Source of the DNA: a virus
Taxonomy: Duplodnaviria > Caudoviricetes
DNA: 43,554 nucleotides
Virus record (IMG/VR): IMGVR_UViG_3300025646_000091
Span: 1 to 43,554 of that record
Reading direction: 5' to 3' (one strand)
The first letter of the stretch is position 1. Every line of letters begins with the position of its first letter. The position numbers were made by a program, and so were the translations under genes. Positions 43,476 to 43,554 of this stretch are shown piece by piece. The notes under the pieces are model-generated. The model was not told where the DNA came from. It did not search any database and worked only from the letters and a program-made list of their open reading frames with translations.

Positions 43476-43554
43476 CACCCTTGGTTAACACCCTTGGTTA
43501 ACACCCTTGGTTAACACCCTTGGTTAACACCTTAGTTACGCCCTTCGTTCCTTT
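42949..43554. repeat. Terminal direct repeat, right copy
   Basis: Matches 1..567. Confidence 0.95.
43462..43538. repeat. 13-bp tandem repeat ACACCCTTGGTTA, 5 copies plus a degenerate copy
   Basis: Read directly; three more units than the left copy. Confidence 0.92.

Noticed and set aside
1-43554. Alternative genetic code or stop-codon reassignment
   Set aside because: Standard-code ORFs tile the genome densely, including a 9.5-kb gene, and the tRNA is not a suppressor.

Overview
This looks like the essentially complete genome (unit length about 42.95 kb, circularly permuted) of a temperate, podovirus-type tailed phage. Positions 1..567 reappear at 42949..43554 as an imperfect terminal repeat. 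The + strand arm carries a putative small terminase, a divergent pair of ribbon-helix-helix regulators and a replication/recombination module (RuvC-like, SSB-like, PD-(D/E)XK exonuclease, MazG-like, primase, AAA_25 helicase, Xis-like HTH). It continues with five small orphan ORFs that each start with a shared CACATCA-ATG motif, a tyrosine integrase and a tRNA-Lys(CTT). The - strand arm carries TerL, portal, scaffold, major capsid, two paralogous adaptors, fibre/adhesin genes, a holin-like and a lipoprotein gene, a nozzle, ejection proteins and a 3155-aa polyvalent virion protein. I recognise no DNA polymerase, RNA polymerase, endolysin or methyltransferase. The strongest leads are: (1) the giant protein has an HEXXH peptidase and a string of effector-like domains, each delimited by a repeated [Y/F/M]-[M/L/Q]-P motif, suggesting a self-processing injected polyprotein; (2) the motif-delimited small-ORF array running into the integrase; (3) near-total genome-wide avoidance of AGCT, AGCC/GGCT, CCAG/CTGG and GCGC; (4) two architecturally similar intergenic sites with phased TGTC repeats, a shared 12-mer and IHF consensus sites. 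All protein calls come from motif recognition by eye, not from database searches.
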